From assembly GCF_006345805.1 (NCBI RefSeq), contig NC_043000.1:60512001-60576000 (forward strand): a stretch of DNA of 64,000 nt. The letters are read 5' to 3'. The translations under genes were made by a program, and so were the position numbers. This DNA is from Octopus sinensis. Its lineage: Eukaryota. Of the stretch, positions 62,788-64,000 are shown piece by piece (within the stretch, counting starts at the first letter, position 1; the number at the start of each line of letters is the position of its first letter). The notes beneath the pieces were generated by a model. The model saw nothing but the letters and a program-made list of their open reading frames with translations, was not told the origin of the DNA and ran no database searches.

Positions 62788-63085
62788 CTTTTGTAAATAT
62801 ATATCCTCTTTCTTTTCTTATTTCTTCAGTGGCAGTAATTCGGACAGTTTGCACTCGATCTGTATATTTCTGCAAGAAGTAGTCTACATCAGTTTGTCTA
62901 CGAGCATCACTAATAATCCAGATAGGTTTCTTACACTCAGTTCCATATTCTTCAGATGTAGCTAACTTGCAGAAATAACCTGGGTCAATGTTTCTCTTTT
63001 CCTCTCCAAATTTTATCATCTCAATTCGGTACTTCTCTTTATATTCTGAAGAATCATTCAATTTTTCATACAGTAGTTTGTTTTC
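62788..63085 (-). CDS. PMVK: Phosphomevalonate kinase (animal type), internal exon: ENKLLYEKLNDSSEYKEKYRIEMIKFGEEKRNIDPGYFCKLATSEEYGTECKKPIWIISDARRQTDVDYFLQKYTDRVQTVRITATEEIRKERGYIFTK(G)
   Basis: Matches human PMVK [25 protein letters not shown]...PIWLVSDTRR; cctgcag/gtaaaa sites; 298 nt. Upstream exons with the P-loop were not found in the window. Confidence 0.95.
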
Positions 63086-63177
63086 CTGCAGGATGTAAAA
63101 AAGAGAAATCAGTAATAATTATAAGATTATATAAATCAAATTTAAAAAATAATCAACTACATCTTTTATTTACAATA

Positions 63178-63565
63178 GGCGCAGGAGTGGCTGTGTGGTA
63201 AGTAGCTTGCTTACCAAACACATGGTTCTGGGTTCAGTCCCACTGCGTGGCACCTTGGGCAAGTGTCTTCTACTATAGCCTCGGGCCAACCAAAGCCTTG
63301 TGAGTGGATTTGGTAGACGGAAACTGAAAGAAGCTCGTCGTATATATGTATGTGTGTGTGAGCGTGTTTATGTGTTTGTCCCCCCCAACATTGCTTGACA
63401 ACCGATGCTGGTGTGTTTACGTCCCCATAACTTAGCGGTTCGACAAAGAGACCGAAAGAATAAGTACTAGGCTTACAAAAAATCAGTCCTGGGGTTGATT
63501 TGCTTGACTAAAGGCAGTGCTCCAGCATGGCCGCAGTCAAATGACTGAAACAAGTATAAGAGTAA
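63178..63565 (+). mobile_element. SINE family A, full length (other copies: 62351-62738 -, 40845-41240 +, 1893-3730 + split, partials near 9190, 10540, 12285, 25570, 55985)
   Basis: tRNA-like head with A box TGGCTGTGTGGT and B box GGTTCAGTCC, CORE-like ACCTTGGGCAAGT, internal (TA)/(TG)n, tail ending TGACTGAAACAAGTA. Confidence 0.88.
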
Positions 63566-64000
63566 AAATAGAGTAAATACTGGAAAAGGTGTTTTCAATG
63601 AGTCAACAAAGTAACCTCTATGCACTCGTTCAAACTACTAGAAATAGTAATCAGATTACTCTAGAAATGTAGCTCTACATACGCAAAAATATAGCACTGT
63701 TTGACAAGATGTCTGCTCGAAGTGGAGCTAACCAAATGTTATTCAACAGAGTTATGTTCCTTGTCAACTGCATTTTACCACCTGAACTAGCTTTTTCAAT
63801 ATCTGTGCAAATATTTTTAAAACCTTAAGAAATTCTGATGGTTTGTGCCAATCTGCTTTATGTATGATAGAACTAAATCTTTCCACCCCTTGATTGGGTG
63901 CTAGTTCAAGCAAGTAACTTGGAAAGTTTGCCACTTATTTTCAACAACTAAGTGAAAAAGAATTAAGTCTACAATGATGTCAAAATATTTACTAGGGATC

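Noticed and set aside
63720-63900. Candidate upstream PMVK exon
   Set aside because: No frame resembles the PMVK N-terminal SGKRKSGKD or LSGPLKEQYA segments.
1-64000. CRISPR arrays, operons or prokaryotic defence systems
   Set aside because: The sequence is intron-containing animal DNA; no regularly spaced direct repeats with unique spacers were seen.

Overview
AT-rich, repeat-dense eukaryotic genomic DNA, most likely an Octopus species (inferred from the SINE/LINE families, not provable from this window). Two protein-coding genes can be reconstructed, both on the minus strand. IFT57 is complete: 10 coding exons, 52446->27167, 1239 nt = 412 aa + stop, all GT-AG and phase-consistent, with a candidate RFX X-box/NRF1 promoter near 55.2 kb. 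PMVK is represented by its last two coding exons (63085->61696). The rest is a mosaic of mobile DNA: RTE LINEs (one with a PHD-like finger inside the RT region), CR1/L2-like, HERO-like, Ty3/gypsy, mariner, Merlin, Helitron/Helentron and piggyBac-like remnants, three tRNA-derived SINE families, and a GGATC-ended MITE family with 8-bp target-site duplications (TSDs) that nests in itself and folds back. The most striking unexplained layer is a set of hammerhead-ribozyme motifs of the Penelope/retrozyme type in several unrelated repeat families: one with a complete catalytic core at 33119-33210, and variant or decayed ones at 10389, 21219, 23160, 36962, 46654 and 54815. Several fold-back palindromes are also present, as is an inverted SINE pair tightly bracketing a PMVK exon. 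All identifications are by eye from remembered family motifs; no search was run. Most repeat boundaries are approximate.
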